Shown: positions 1 to 10,655 of the stretch, piece after piece
How the letters are laid out: the number at the start of each line of letters is the position of its first letter
How positions within the stretch are numbered: position 1 is the first letter of the stretch
Source: Anolis carolinensis
Lineage: Eukaryota
Reading direction: 5' to 3'
NCBI RefSeq assembly: GCF_035594765.1
Contig: NW_026943825.1
Coordinates: 62,001 to 126,000, forward strand
DNA: 64,000 nucleotides
Translations under genes and position numbers: made by a program
The notes under the pieces: model-generated
Told to the model about the DNA's origin: nothing
Database searches by the model: none
The model's input: only the letters and a program-made list of their open reading frames with translations

Positions 1-480
1 ATGGGTCTGCGCTGCCCTATAATGCGCTATATGGGTCTGCCCTGGCCTATAATGCGCTATATGGGTCTGCACTGGCCTGTAATGCGCTATATGGGTCTGC
101 CCTGGCCTGTAATGCGCTATATGGGTCTGCACTGGCCTGTAATGCGCTATATGGGTCTGCACTGGCCTGTAATGCGCTATATGGGTCTGCCCTGGCCTAT
201 AATGCGCTATATGGGTCTGCACTGGCCTGTAATGCGCTATATGGGTCTGCGCTGCCCTATAATGCGCTATATGGGTCTGCCCTGGCCTATAATGCGCTAT
301 ATGGGTCTGTGCTGCCCTATAATGCGCTATATTGGTCTGCGCTGGCCTATATTGCGCTATATGGGTCTACAGTGGCCTACAATGTGCTATATGGGTCTAC
401 ACTACCCTATAATGCCATATACAGGTCTACACTGCTCTATAATGAATAGTATGGATCTACCTTGCTCGGTTATGCATTAT
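1..480. repeat. 30-bp minisatellite (atgggtctgcNctggcctNtaatgcgctat), about 16 units, degenerating rightwards
   Basis: 30-nt periodicity visible from base 1; explains the repetitive MRYMGLxWP ORF 1..675. Confidence 0.95.
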
Positions 481-594
481 ACGGGTCTACACCGCCCCAT
501 ATGTCATGCGCTCTATTCAATACTGGACACGACTATGTCCAATATTGTGCTGAACGGATCCAGCCTTGATGCCATTGTTTTGATCCCTTTTCAA

Positions 595-800
595 GGGAAT
601 TCCTTGTGCGCATGCGCGGAAGAGTTCCAGCCCCGTTTGGTTGCGCACAGACTGCGGGGCCCGGGCTCCCTCTAGCGGCGGGCGGCGGGGGTTTCCGGAA
701 GTGGCGCCCCGCACGAGGCCCGTCCCGGGGATCCGCCGAGCCGCAGAGAGGTTTGCATTTCTGGGGAGTGGGCTGCGCGGGCTTCGGGGCTCCCCCTGCC
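595..800 (+). promoter_or_regulatory. CpG-rich promoter and probable non-coding first exon of AP5B1
   Basis: NRF1-type TGCGCATGCGC 607-617, ETS/GABP CCGGAAGTG 695-703, CpG-dense. The AP5B1 ATG at 2650 follows a splice acceptor (AG 2640-2641), which implies an upstream UTR exon; weak candidate donor GTTTGC at 751. Confidence 0.6.
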
Positions 801-982
801 CCCCCTTCCAGTTTGCAGAGCCTCTGGGATTCTTGGTCCATTTCTTCCAGCAGGGAATCAAGTCTGGGCTGGGAAGCTAAGCAGGGTCGGCTCTGGCTGG
901 GACCTGAATGGGAGACCACCCACCCCAAACAGACGTTGTAAGATCTATTTCGGAGGCAGGGAAGTGTGGCATTGCACACTTG

Positions 983-1091
983 GGGTTGCTGTGAGTGTGT
1001 AGCAGCATTCTCTCCTGAGGTCTCGCCCATATCTATGGCAGGCATCCTCAGAGGTCGTGAGGTCTGTTAGAAACGAGGCGAGTGGGGTTTG

Positions 1092-1147
<56 letters not shown>

Positions 1148-1270
1148 GAATGATGTCCAGGGTGGGAGAAAGAAGAACTCCTTTGACAGTTTGTTGCAGT
1201 TGTCCAGCTTGGTTAGCATTGAAGAGCCTTGCAGCTCCAAAGCCTGGCTGCTTCCTGCCTGGGAGATCAG
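983..1270 (-). mobile_element. Penelope-like retroelement terminal fragment with internal (CA)n
   Basis: Reverse complement of the recurring motif cctctgaggatgcctgccatagatgtgggcgaaacgtcaggagagaatgct; (CA)n about 1095-1144. Confidence 0.65.
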
Positions 1271-1651
1271 GCAGGCCCCCACCCTCCTCCCCTTTAGAAA
1301 GAGCCTGAAGACACGGCTCTTCCAGCAGGCCTTCAATAATTGATCCAGTAGGTCTGACCTCTTGCATCTCCAATCATAGTCCCGTATTTACGCCTCTTCC
1401 AGAACCCTGAAGGCCTTGACCATTCGGATAATTCTCCCCTCCTGGTGATTTTGACAAACTAGCACTTTGGCCCACGTTTTTTTTTTTCTAGATTTTATCC
1501 ACGATTTTACCTTTTGTTCTTGAATGTGATTTTATGACTGGTTTTTATTGTTATTATTTGTTTTTATTGCTTTGTCTTTATTGTGGACTGGGCTTGGCCC
1601 CATGTAAGCCGCTCCGAGTCCCTTCGAGGAGATGGGGTGGGGTATAAAAAT

Positions 1652-2290
1652 ATTATTATTATTATTATTATTTTATTATGACACAGCAAACAAGATAGAG
1701 ATGCTGGACTTCATATCAAAAAACCACAAGTCGAACACTTCCCAAGTGTCAGGGACTGTGTGATGTATTTTCAGATGATGCGCGCAGATCCCAGTCGGGT
1801 GGCCTTTTGCAGTTGGCAAATCGTAATTTTGTCAATGTCTATTGTTTCCAAATGCCGGCTGAGATCTTTTGGCATGGCACCCAGTGTGCCCATCACCACC
1901 GGGACCACCTGCACTGGTTTCTGCCAGAGTCTTTGAAGTTCAGTTTTGAGGTCCTGAGAGCGGCTGAGTTTGTCACCTGGGATGGCGACATCCATGATCC
2001 AAACCTTTTTCTTTTCCACAACTGTGATGTCTGGTGTGTTGTGTTCCAGAACTTTGTCAGTCTGGATCCGGAAGTCCCACAGTATCTTCGCGTGCTCATT
2101 TTCCAATACTTTTGCAGGTTTGTGATCCCACCAGTTCTTTGCTGCTGGGAGGTGGTACTTGAGGCGTAAGTTCCAATGGATCCTTTGGGCCACATAGTTG
2201 TGCCTCTGTTTGTAGTCTGTCTGTGCGATTTTCTTACAGCAGCTGAGGATATGATCCATGGTTTCGTCGGTTTCCTTATTATTATTATTA
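1652..2290 (-). mobile_element. 5'-truncated R4/Dong-clade non-LTR retrotransposon (restriction-like endonuclease end)
   Basis: ORF 1771..2259 has the zinc-knuckle tail DHILSCC, RHN, KILWDFRIQTD and PDITVV...DVAIP; both ends abut (TAA)n. Confidence 0.85.
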
Positions 2291-2349
2291 TTTGTTGGGA
2301 GGTGTTGGCTGGCCCTAATTGGTAGCTAGCCCTGATTGAAAAAAAAGGA

Positions 2350-2590
2350 TTCCCCCAGGCAGGAAGCAGCCAGGCTTTGAAACTTCCAGGCCATTCAGTG
2401 CTAATCAAGGTGGCCAATGCAACATTCCCGAGCTCTTTCTTCCTCCCACCCTGGACATCATTCCATAGATATATAAACCCCACTTGCCTAGTTTCCAATA
2501 TACTTCACAACCTTTGAGGATGCCTGCCGTAGATGTGGGCGAAATGTCAGGAGGTAATGCTGCTTCTGGAACATGGCCAGACAGCAACGC
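2350..2590 (+). mobile_element. Penelope-like terminal fragment
   Basis: Same family as 983-1270, plus strand; hammerhead-like core at 2511-2551 with C3 changed to T. Confidence 0.6.
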
Positions 2591-2649
2591 CGTGATTCCT
2601 TTGACAACACCGTGTCCATTTCTCCCTGTTTTCCCCCCCAGCCTTTCCT

Positions 2650-5600
2650 ATGGGGTCCAAGGGCACCGAGAGCTGGCCCGGCACGGTGGCGTCTTTCCGG
2701 GCCGGACCCTCGGCCTTCCTCTTGTCCCGCGGGGCCAGCGAGGCCTTTGTGGCCGAGATTCTGCGGGAACTGCACGGCGACCGGTCAGGGGAACGGACCA
2801 AGGTAAGGGGGAGCCTCCAAAATACGGCTGCAGGGTTGTTGGTTAATCGAATCCTAGAACCCTAGAGCTGGAAGGCAGGTGGGTGGCCGTTTGTCGGGAG
2901 GGATTGGATTGTGTCTTCCTGCACCAGAGGGGCCTTGGGGTCTTTTCCTGTGTTCTTGAAGGAAGGCCTTCATGGCCAGAATCACTGGGTTGCTGTGAGT
3001 TTTCTGGGCTGTATAGCCACATTCCAGAAGCATTCTCTCCTGACGTCTCTCACACATCGACAGCGGGCATTCTCAGAGGTTGGGAGGTGGTTGGAAACGA
3101 GGCAAGTGGGGTTCATATGTATCCCTGTGGAATAATATCCAGGGTGGGTGGGAGAAAGAACCTCCATTAGGTATATAAACCCCACTTCCCTGGTTACCAA
3201 CAGCCCAAATGTCCATGTCCCCAGCAGCATTCTCTCCTGACGTTTCACCCACATCTGTGGCAGGCATCCTCGGAGGTTGGGAGGTGGTTGGAAACGAGGC
3301 AAGTGGGGTTCATATACAGTAGAGTCTCACTTATCCAACGTTCTGGATTATCCAACGCATTTTTGTAGTCAATGTTTTCAATACATCATGATATTTTGGT
3401 GCTAAATTCGTAAATACAGTAATTACTACATAGCATTAATGTGTAATGAACTACTTTTTCTGTCAAATTTGTTGTATAACATGATGTTTTGGTGCTTAAT
3501 TTGTACAATCATAACCTATTTTGATGTTTAATAGGCTTTTTCTTAATCTCTCTTTATTATCCAACATATTTGCTTATCCAACATTCTACCGGCCCGTTTA
3601 TGTTGGATAAGTGAGACTGTACTGTATATCCCTGTGGAATAATATCCAGGGTGGGTGGGAGAAAGAACCTCCATTAAGTATATAAACCCCACTTCCCTGG
3701 TTTCCAGCAACCAAAATGTCCATGTCCCCGGCAGCATTCTCTCCTGACGTTTCTCACACATCTACAGCGGGCATTCTCAGAGGTTGGGAGGTGTGTTGGA
3801 AACTGGGCGAGTGGGCTTTATATCCCTGTGGAATGATGTCCAGGGTGGGAGAAAGAACTCGTGTCTGTTGGAGGTGAATCTGAATGTTGCAATTGGACAC
3901 CGTTGATTAGCACTGAATGGCCTTGCGGCTTAGAATGCTTCCTGCCTGGGGAGCTCTTTCTCCCACCCTGGACATCTTCGGAGGATCCGCGCTTCCCGGC
4001 CCTCCCCGCATCGCTCTCTCCTCCCTGTGCTTGTTGCCTTCCCGCAGCTCTCCCTGCTGATGCTGCTCCTGGAGTTCCCCAGGCTGCTGTGCCCGGACCC
4101 CAAGGCCGGTCAGGAGGCGGCGGCGTCCCTGGTGGCCCTGTTTGCCCGGCTGGGCCCCTCGCCGGCCAAGGCCTCCCTCCGGCGCCACCTCCTCTTTGCG
4201 GCGGGGACGGTGCTGGTGGCCACGGAGGCCTTTGCCGAGGCCTGCCCGACCTCCCGCCAGTACCTGGCCCTGCTGCTCCGCCTGGCGGCCGACCTCAACG
4301 ACCAGCGCGGCGGTCCAGCGGAGCGCCCCGTCCGGATGGCCGCCTGCGAGTGCCTGCGGGAGCTGGAGGCCGGCTGCCCCGGGTTGCTCTCGGGCCGCCT
4401 GGAGGCCTTGCGCTCCTTCCAGCGGAGAGAGGCCTCGCCGGCCCACCAAGGCTACGCCCTTCTCTACGGAGCGGCCTTGCGCAACGGCGTCCTGCTGCTG
4501 GCCAAGCGCGGCACGGGGAGCCTCGGGGGGCTCTTGGCCGGGAAGGAGGACCTGGCCTGGGGGCCGGGCGAGGTCTCCGCGGCCGGCCTGGACCGGCTGG
4601 TGCTGCTCCCCTCGCCGGGAGACCTCAAGGAGCTGAAGTCGGTGGTCTCGGCCCTGCTGGACGGCTCGTTCTCCCTCTCGCCGGCCGCGCAGAGCCACCT
4701 CCTCTGGCACCTGGCGCAGGCGGTGAGCGTGGTTCGCACCCAGTCCCCGGCCATCTTCAAGGCCCAGCTGGTGCGGCTCTTCGGCACGGCGGACGTGGCC
4801 CTGCAGCACGCCATCCTGCAGCTCAAGGCGCTCTTCACCGACAGCCTGTTCACGGCCGAGGACGAGGCCTTCCTGCTGCGGCGCCTGGTCGGCCTGGCCC
4901 AGCACCCAGCCCTGCCCGCCCCGGCCCGGCTCTTCCACCTGGACTGCCTCCTGCACTTCCCGGAGAACCGGCCGCTGGGCTCGGGCGCCGACGAGGGGCT
5001 GCCCGTCCTGCTCACCCCGCGCACCGCCTCCGGGCTCTTCCCGGGCCTCTTCCAGGACCACGGCACCGTCCTGGCCCGGCTGAACCTGCTGTGCCTGGTG
5101 TGCGTGGAGAGCGAGGGCCCCGCGGCCGAGCGGGGAGCGGCCTACCTCCTGGAGCACGTCCTCGCCCTCGGCGGAGTGGTGGCCCAGGGGGGCGGCCCGG
5201 AGGCCGTGCGGCTCTTCTTCCGGGCGGCCTTCCTCTTCGCCCGCCACTTCGGCCCCCGCCCGCAGCCCATCGCGGAGCTCACGCGGTGCGTGCTGCGCCT
5301 CTACCGCCGCGACTGCAGCCTGGCGCCGAACGTCATCAACCTGTTGGACGAAGCGTGGGGCTCGCTGGAAGACCCCGGCTGGGCGGGCACGCTGGCCCGG
5401 GCCCTGCAGGAGCTCATTGTGGGCGTCCCCTTGCGGGAGGGGGGCTTGGGCTGGCACCTGACGGCGCTGGCCCGGCTGGCGCGGGAGAAGGACCTCTCGC
5501 AGGGGGGCACCGTGCGCTTCCTTGGGCGGCTGGTCGCCTCGGGTCAGCTGGGGGACTGGCGCTCGGGGCAGATGCTCCTCCGCGTGTGCCGGAACCTGAT

Positions 5601-6606
5601 GCAGCTCTGCCGGCCCCCCGACCTGGCCGACCTCCTCCAGGCCGTGGCGCTCAGGCACGCCGACACGGACGTCCAGGACCAGGCCCGCTTCTACTCCACG
5701 CTGCTGGCCAACCTCTCCGGGGAGAAGCTGGGCGCCGTGCTGGCTCGGGAGGCCCCCGCCAAGGCCCGGACGCTCTCCTCGTCCATCGTGGCCGACAGCG
5801 AGAGCTTCGTGGCCTCGCTGACCGTCCACCCCGTCGAGCCCGCTCCCCTTGAGCTGCGGCGGGCGGCGGGCGGCGGTGACGGCGACGGTGCCCCTGCCGC
5901 CACGTGTCCGGCGCTCGGCGCGGAGGACTACTCCCGGTGGCTGTTGGAGGCCCGGCCCCCCTCGCGGCTCCGCCTGGCCTGTCACTTGGCCCACGTGGGT
6001 CCCCGCGGGCCCCCCTTTGACCTCCTGCTCTGCGTGGCGCTCCGCTTCTCGTGCTCCGACCGGCACTACGGGCCGGTGCCGGAGCTGTGCGTGCCGTGCC
6101 TCTCGGCGCACCGCCCGCCCCAGGCGCTGGCCCTGACGCTGGCGCCGCGCTGCCCGTTCCCGACGCGCCTCGACGTCTCCGCCGTGTACACCACGCGGGA
6201 GGGCCTCACGCGCTGCAGCCGCCTCGGCCCCGTCCAGGTGGCCTTCTGCGACCTCTTCGTGCCGCTCCCGGTGCCCGCCTGGCCTCTGGAGAAGCGCCAA
6301 CGCCTCTTCGCCGCCCTCTGGGACCGGCTCTGCCCCGAGAACGGCGCCGACCGCGCCGAGAGCGTGACCGTCTGGCCGGTGCCGCCGCGGCCTCTGGACG
6401 GGCTGATGCAGAGCCACTTTGCGCGGTACCTCCTGGCCGAGCACTCCGGGCGCTACGAAGTCGGCCTGGCCCTGCCGCCACGCTGCCACGTCCTGCTCCG
6501 AGTGCAGAGCGTGGCCGAGTCTGCCCGCGTGGGCATCCGCACGGACAACTGGAAGATCCTGCCCTCCCTGAACAGCTACCTGCAGGGCCTGGTGGGCGCC
6601 GCCTGA
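2650..6606 (+). CDS. AP5B1: AP-5 complex subunit beta-1, two coding exons (2650-2802, 4048-6606), about 903 aa
   Basis: Exon 1 MGSKGTESW...GERTK|GTAAGG joins cag|CTC in phase 0. Motifs ACECLRELE, FKAQLVRLFGTA, LFTAEDEAFLLRRL, QHPALP and FPENRPLG match AP5B1 as recalled. AATAAA at 6659-6664. Confidence 0.93.
2965..3860 (-). mobile_element. Tandem Penelope-like terminal fragments (3 copies) interrupted by a MITE
   Basis: Repeated gcattctctcctgacg...cagaggttgggagg units near 3030, 3225 and 3735. Confidence 0.65.
3317..3624. mobile_element. Tc1/mariner-type MITE
   Basis: TIRs cagtagagtctcacttatcc...ggataagtgagact(g)tactg, flanked by TA. Confidence 0.85.
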
Positions 6607-6807
6607 ACCCTGAGCCTCACCCGGGCTCCGCTGCCTGTGCAGAGCTTGGAGATTTTGCAATAAAACCCTCTTTGCCATTCTGGATACAAGGCAGGATGGA
6701 TGGAAAGATGTGTGTGTGTGTGTGTGTGTGATTGAGGCAGAGGGAGAGGCCGGGTCTGCACTGGACTGCATTCCGTGTTTCCCCGAAAATAAGACAGTGT
6801 CTTATAC

Positions 6808-7526
6808 CAGGGGTCCTCAAACGTTTTAAGCCGAGGGCCGGTCCACAATCCTTCAGACTGTGGAGGGGCCGGATTATCATTTGGAAAAAAAATACAAACA
6901 ATTTCCGATGCACACTGCATATGTCTTATTTGTAGTATAACAACAACAACAATGAAAGAACAATACAATATTTAAAAACAAAAACAATTTTAACCAACAT
7001 ACATTTATCAGGATTTCAATGGGAAGTGTGCTCCTGCTTCTGGCCAATGAGATAGTCAAGTTAATTAGGATTGTTGTTGTTGTTGTTGTTGTTGTGTGCC
7101 TTCAAGTCATTTCAGACTTTGGGCGAGCCTAAGTCTAAATTGTATTTATTTATTATTTATTTATTTACTGCATTTATTTACTACATTTGTATCACACCCT
7201 TCTCAGCCCAAAGGGGACTCAGAGTGGCTTACAAATTATATGTACATACAATATATTATATTATTAGCATAGCACAATATAAGCATTACATATTACTATA
7301 TTGAACTATACTGTAATATTATTAGTAATATAATATGTAATATAGAATATATAATTAATATTATCATATGGTATTATTATTAGTGTTATATTGTATTACA
7401 TTATAATATTATTATCAATATTATATGTATATACAATATATTATATTATAAAACTGAGGGTGGGGGCCAGGTCAATGACCTTGGAGGGCCGCATCCGGCC
7501 CCCGGGCCTTAGTTTGGGGACCCCTG
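6808..7526. mobile_element. Non-autonomous hAT transposon
   Basis: TIRs caggggtcc...ggacccctg with 8-bp TSD TCTTATAC (6800-6807 and 7527-7534); second copy at 17081-17789. Confidence 0.85.
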
Positions 7527-7533
7527 TCTTATA

Positions 7534-7857
7534 CAGTAGAGTCTCACTTATCCAACATAAACGGGCCGGCAGAACGTTGGATAAGTGAATATGTTGGATA
7601 ATAAGGAGGCATTAAGGAAAAGTGTATTAAACATCAAATTAGGTTATGATTTTACAAATGAAGCACCAAAACATCATGTTAGACAACAAATTTGGCAGAA
7701 AAAAGTAGTTCAATATGCAGTAATGCTATGTAGTAATTACTGTATTTATGAATTTAGCACCAAAATATCACAATATATTGAAAACATTGACTACAAAAAT
7801 GTGTTGGATAATCCAGAACGTTGGATAAGCGAGTATTGGATAAGTGAGACTCTACTG
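7534..7857. mobile_element. Tc1/mariner-type MITE
   Basis: cagtagagtctcacttatcc TIRs, TA flanks. Confidence 0.85.
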
Positions 7858-8149
7858 TACTGTACAGTAGATATCATCACAAACCAGCATAACCAGACAA
7901 ACTGTGAATCCTATCAAGAATTTCTTGTTACTACCATTATTTCCATGTATATGGTACGTACATTTACCGATCCCGGAAGCTCTGGTGTTCTGTTCGGCGG
8001 TCATGCTTCCAAACAAAAACTTTGCCAGGTCTTACTTTTGGGGAGGCCTTATATTTAGCAATCCAGCAAAACCTCTACTAGGTCTTATTTTCGGGAAACA
8101 GGGCACATGGTCACTGTCAATCCATGTAATGCAATAGGAACTGCATTCT

Positions 8150-8488
8150 ATGTTCAGCCTGGGCCTACTTGGGCGCCCCCTCCCTCCCTCCCTCCCTCCC
8201 TCCAGGGGTTTTGGACTTCAACTCCCAGCATTCCTCACTGCCTACCGCGATGACGTCAAAACCCCGGGAGGGAGGGCCCAGGTTGGCCCAGGCCTGCTCG
8301 AGGCCTCTCTGCCAACTCCTGGGGGTGCCAACTCCATGGGCCTCAGGCTCGAGGTTGTTTTGGACTTCAACTCCCAGAAGCCTCAGCCGCCTCGGCCCAT
8401 GCGGAGGGATCCTGGGAGTGGAAGTCCAATAGGAGCGGAAGGCGCGCGTGGGGGCGGGGCCAGGGCCGGAAGAGGAAGCGGGAGCGGC
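8150..8488 (+). promoter_or_regulatory. RNASEH2C CpG promoter containing a hAT-MITE relic
   Basis: Perfect CRE TGACGTCA 8251-8258, GC box GGGGCGGGGC about 8451-8460, ETS-like CCGGAAG about 8466, ZNF143-like acttcaactcccag motifs. Confidence 0.6.
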
Positions 8489-10191
8489 ATGGCGGCGGCG
8501 GCGCGGCTGGCCTTGTCTCCCTCGGCGGAGCCTCCGCGGGCGGCCGTGCACTCGCTCCCCTGCCGGGTCCTCCACGACGGGGACGCCGCCGTCTGCAAGT
8601 ACTTCTCCCCGGCCATCCGGGCGCACGGCCACGGTAAGCTCCGGCCGAGACACCATCCGAACCCTCCCGACAAAGGGCCACCCGCCCTTGCTTCGAAGCC
8701 TCCGCGGCACTTTAGATTCCTCTCCAGCCCCTTCCTGCCTTGCCAGAAGACACCACCAAAGCCCACCCGTCAGATGCCCATACAGCCTCTGCTTCAACGC
8801 CTCCAGATTCCATTGCTGGCCATCTTGAATGCCATTGAACAGCCTTGCAGCTCCAAAGCCTGGCTGCGTCATACCTAGGGGACTCCATTGTTGGCCATCT
8901 TGAATGCCATTGAATAGCCTTGCAGCTTCAAAGCCTGGCTGCGTCATACCTAGGGGACTCCATTGTTGGCCAACTTGAATGCCATTGAATAGCCTTGCAG
9001 CTCCAAAGCCTGGCTGCTTCATACCCAGGGGACTCCATTGTTGTCCAACTAGAATGCCATTGAATAGCCTTGCAGCTCCAAAGCCTGGCTGCTTCATACC
9101 TAGGGGACTCCATTGTTGTCCAACTAGAATGCCATTGAATAGCCTTGCAGCTCCAAAGCCTGGCTGCGTCATACCTAGGGGACTCCATTGTTGGCCATCT
9201 TGAATGCCATTGAATAGCCTTGCAGCTTCAAAGCCTGGCTGCGTCATACCTAGGGGACTCCATTGTTGGCCAACTTGAATGCCATTGAATAGCCTTGCAG
9301 CTCCAAAGCCTGGCTGCTTCATACCCAGGGGACTCCATTGTTGGCCAACTTGAATGCCATTGAATAGCCTTGCAGCTCCAAAGCCTGGCTGCGTCATACC
9401 TAGGGGACTCCATTGTTGGCCAACTTGAATGCCATTGAATAGCCTTGCAGCAACAAAGCCTGGCTGCTTCATACCCAGGGGACTCCATTGTTGGCCAACT
9501 TGAATGCCATTGAATAGCTCGGAGCCTATGTTTGTCTTGTCTTTGTTCTATGTTAAGGCATTGAATGTTTGCCTTATATGAGTCCCCTTCGGGGTGAGAA
9601 GGGCGGAATGTAAATGCTGTAAATAATAACAATAGCCTTGAGTTGAGAATGGTTGGGCAGGGCCTCCCGTGCCTGGAGACCCCCAACGCGGACTTCTCTC
9701 CCCCGACAGAGTCGTCGGTCTCCTTCCGCGGGCGGAGCCTCAAGGGGACGAGCGTCTCCGTCCCGGAGGGATACGTGGGGCTCGTGTTGGAGAAGGAGGC
9801 GGCACCGCTGCTGCCGTCAGAAGTGAGTCTACGGCTGGGTCCAAACCCGAGAGTTGGGGGACCTGAAAGGGCCGCTCATTCACCCCGTCCCTCTTGCCAA
9901 GAGATCTCCTCCTCGAATGGCCCCCTTTCTAGGACAGACGGTTGTTGTTGTTTCCAGGAGCAAGAGCTGCGCGTCAAGTCGGCCTTCGGGTCTCTGACGG
10001 TGTGGAATCTGGAACAGGCGCCGAAGGACACGGACGAGATCCTGATGGCGCTGCGCTGGCCACAGATCGCGGACGGGGTGAGTGCTTGCGACCCTTTGCC
10101 GCCCTCCTCGCCCTCCCTTGCCTTTCATTCGCATGTAACCGTGTCCTCCTCTTGCTTGAAGATCCACTCGGCCGTGCCCGACGACGAGTGA
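8489..10191 (+). CDS. RNASEH2C: Ribonuclease H2 subunit C, 4 exons (8489-8633, 9710-9822, 9958-10077, 10162-10191), about 135 aa
   Basis: Motifs VHSLPCRVLHDG, YFSPAIR, SVSFRGRSLKG, VPEGYVGLV, FGSLTVW and ALRWPQIA..IHSAVPDDE; GT-AG junctions keep phase; lies tail-to-tail with KAT5 as in mammals. Confidence 0.92.
8810..9518. repeat. 75-bp minisatellite, about 9.5 copies, in RNASEH2C intron 1
   Basis: Unit ccattgttggccaacttgaatgccattgaatagccttgcagctccaaagcctggctgcgtcatacctaggggact. Confidence 0.95.
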
Positions 10192-10655
10192 GAACCACCG
10201 CAGAGCAATGGAAGCGCATATTCGGGACTCAGCACACGCAGGCACAAGACTCCTCTTCTGCCCCTTGCTGCACAAGGTGACTCTCCACGGATACGGCCTG
10301 ACTCCGGTCTATGCATTTCGGTCTATTTTGTTGTCTGATACCTTGAGTGGATGATGGTTACACTTTTGGGGGCTGAGGAGATACCTGTTTGGGGTGCCCG
10401 TCTCCATAAACGACATATGCAACCGGATTCATTCTTGTGTTTTCTGTCCCCAAAATACTTATCCTATAGGCCCATAGGGCAGGCATGGGCAAACTTTGGC
10501 TTTCCAGGTGTTTTGGACTTCAACACCCACAATTCCTAACAGAGGAGAAGACGGAAGGGGCAAATGTGCATTTGAAACACTGTTTACCGTTCGTTTCCTC
10601 CCTAAAATAATATCAGTAAGAAGAAAAAATACAATTTTATCTATCTATCTATATA

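Larger units (their letters stand above)
6773..8103. mobile_element. Mariner/pogo-type MITE (TIR ccgtgtttccccgaaaataagac) hosting two nested insertions
   Basis: Same termini and body as uninterrupted copies at 31721-32117 and 49638-50066. Confidence 0.7.

Noticed and set aside
595-604. GGGAATTCCT kB-like site in the AP5B1 promoter
   Set aside because: Imperfect single match, easily chance.
1-675. 224-aa repetitive ORF (MRYMGLxWP)
   Set aside because: Product of a stop-free 30-bp minisatellite; no splice or homology support.
3907-6771. 954-aa antisense ORF and 663-aa alternative-frame ORF over AP5B1
   Set aside because: Shadow frames expected from very high third-position GC; low-complexity G/R/A/P composition and no recognisable domain.
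8165-9472. 435-aa minus-strand ORF with 25-residue repeats
   Set aside because: Translation of the 75-bp minisatellite plus GC-rich promoter.
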